Assembly: GCA_038087875.1 (NCBI GenBank) | Contig: CM075995.1 | Span: forward strand, 2,916,001-2,980,000 | Source: Malacoraja senta | Taxonomy: Eukaryota | Length of the DNA stretch: 64,000 bases | Direction: 5' to 3' | Part shown: one piece after another, positions 63,648-64,000 of the stretch | How positions within the stretch are numbered: position 1 is the stretch's first letter | Layout of the letters: each line of letters begins with the position of its first letter | The notes under the pieces: generated by a model | What the model saw: only the letters and a program-made list of their open reading frames with translations | What the model was told of the DNA's origin: nothing | Databases searched by the model: none | Made by a program: the position numbers and the translations under genes

Positions 63648-64000
63648 GCGGATTGTTCCTGGGTTTTGAGCAGTAGACGATCAAGGAAAAATAATGTGCT
63701 TGCCAATTGATATATTAACTACTCACTTGATGTTAGAAGCTCAAAGCTTGAAGGTCTCCTGATGGGAATTAAAATATTTTAGCAATTACATCATTGATTA
63801 ATTTATATTATATTTCCGAGGGTCTGGAAATTAAAGTATTTATTCACACAACATATTATTCTCATATGTAGTTTTAGAACAAGGAAAGAGGTTTGATCCC
63901 AGGAATGATTGGGTGAACATATGGTGAGCGTTTGGAGGCACTGGGTGTGTACCCGGTGGAGTTTAGAAGGTTGAGGGGGGAACCTAATTGAAACGTGCCG

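Overview
Repeat-dominated vertebrate genomic DNA, most likely intronic or intergenic. The repeat content (HE1-like V-SINEs, CR1/HER1-like LINEs, abundant Penelope termini) points to a cartilaginous fish, probably a skate or ray (inference). I find no intact host protein-coding gene, and nearly all ORFs in the track come from transposable elements. The window holds many CR1 fragments, more than 20 tRNA-derived V-SINEs, L1, Tx1, L2 and Rex1/Babar fragments, and Penelope GIY-YIG fragments whose short termini carry a minimal hammerhead-ribozyme-like core. It also holds five PIF/Harbinger insertions sharing one TIR (one keeps pieces of both the MADF and transposase genes), a non-autonomous Helitron with two minisatellites, and two 200-N gaps. 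The most unusual item is a ~1.4-kb TIR element (14819-16221) inserted in a SINE. It carries a 93-bp fragment whose translation closely matches the myo-inositol transporter SLC5A3/SMIT1 as I recall it, suggesting Pack-TIR-style host-gene capture. All family and gene assignments are from motif recognition, not database searches.
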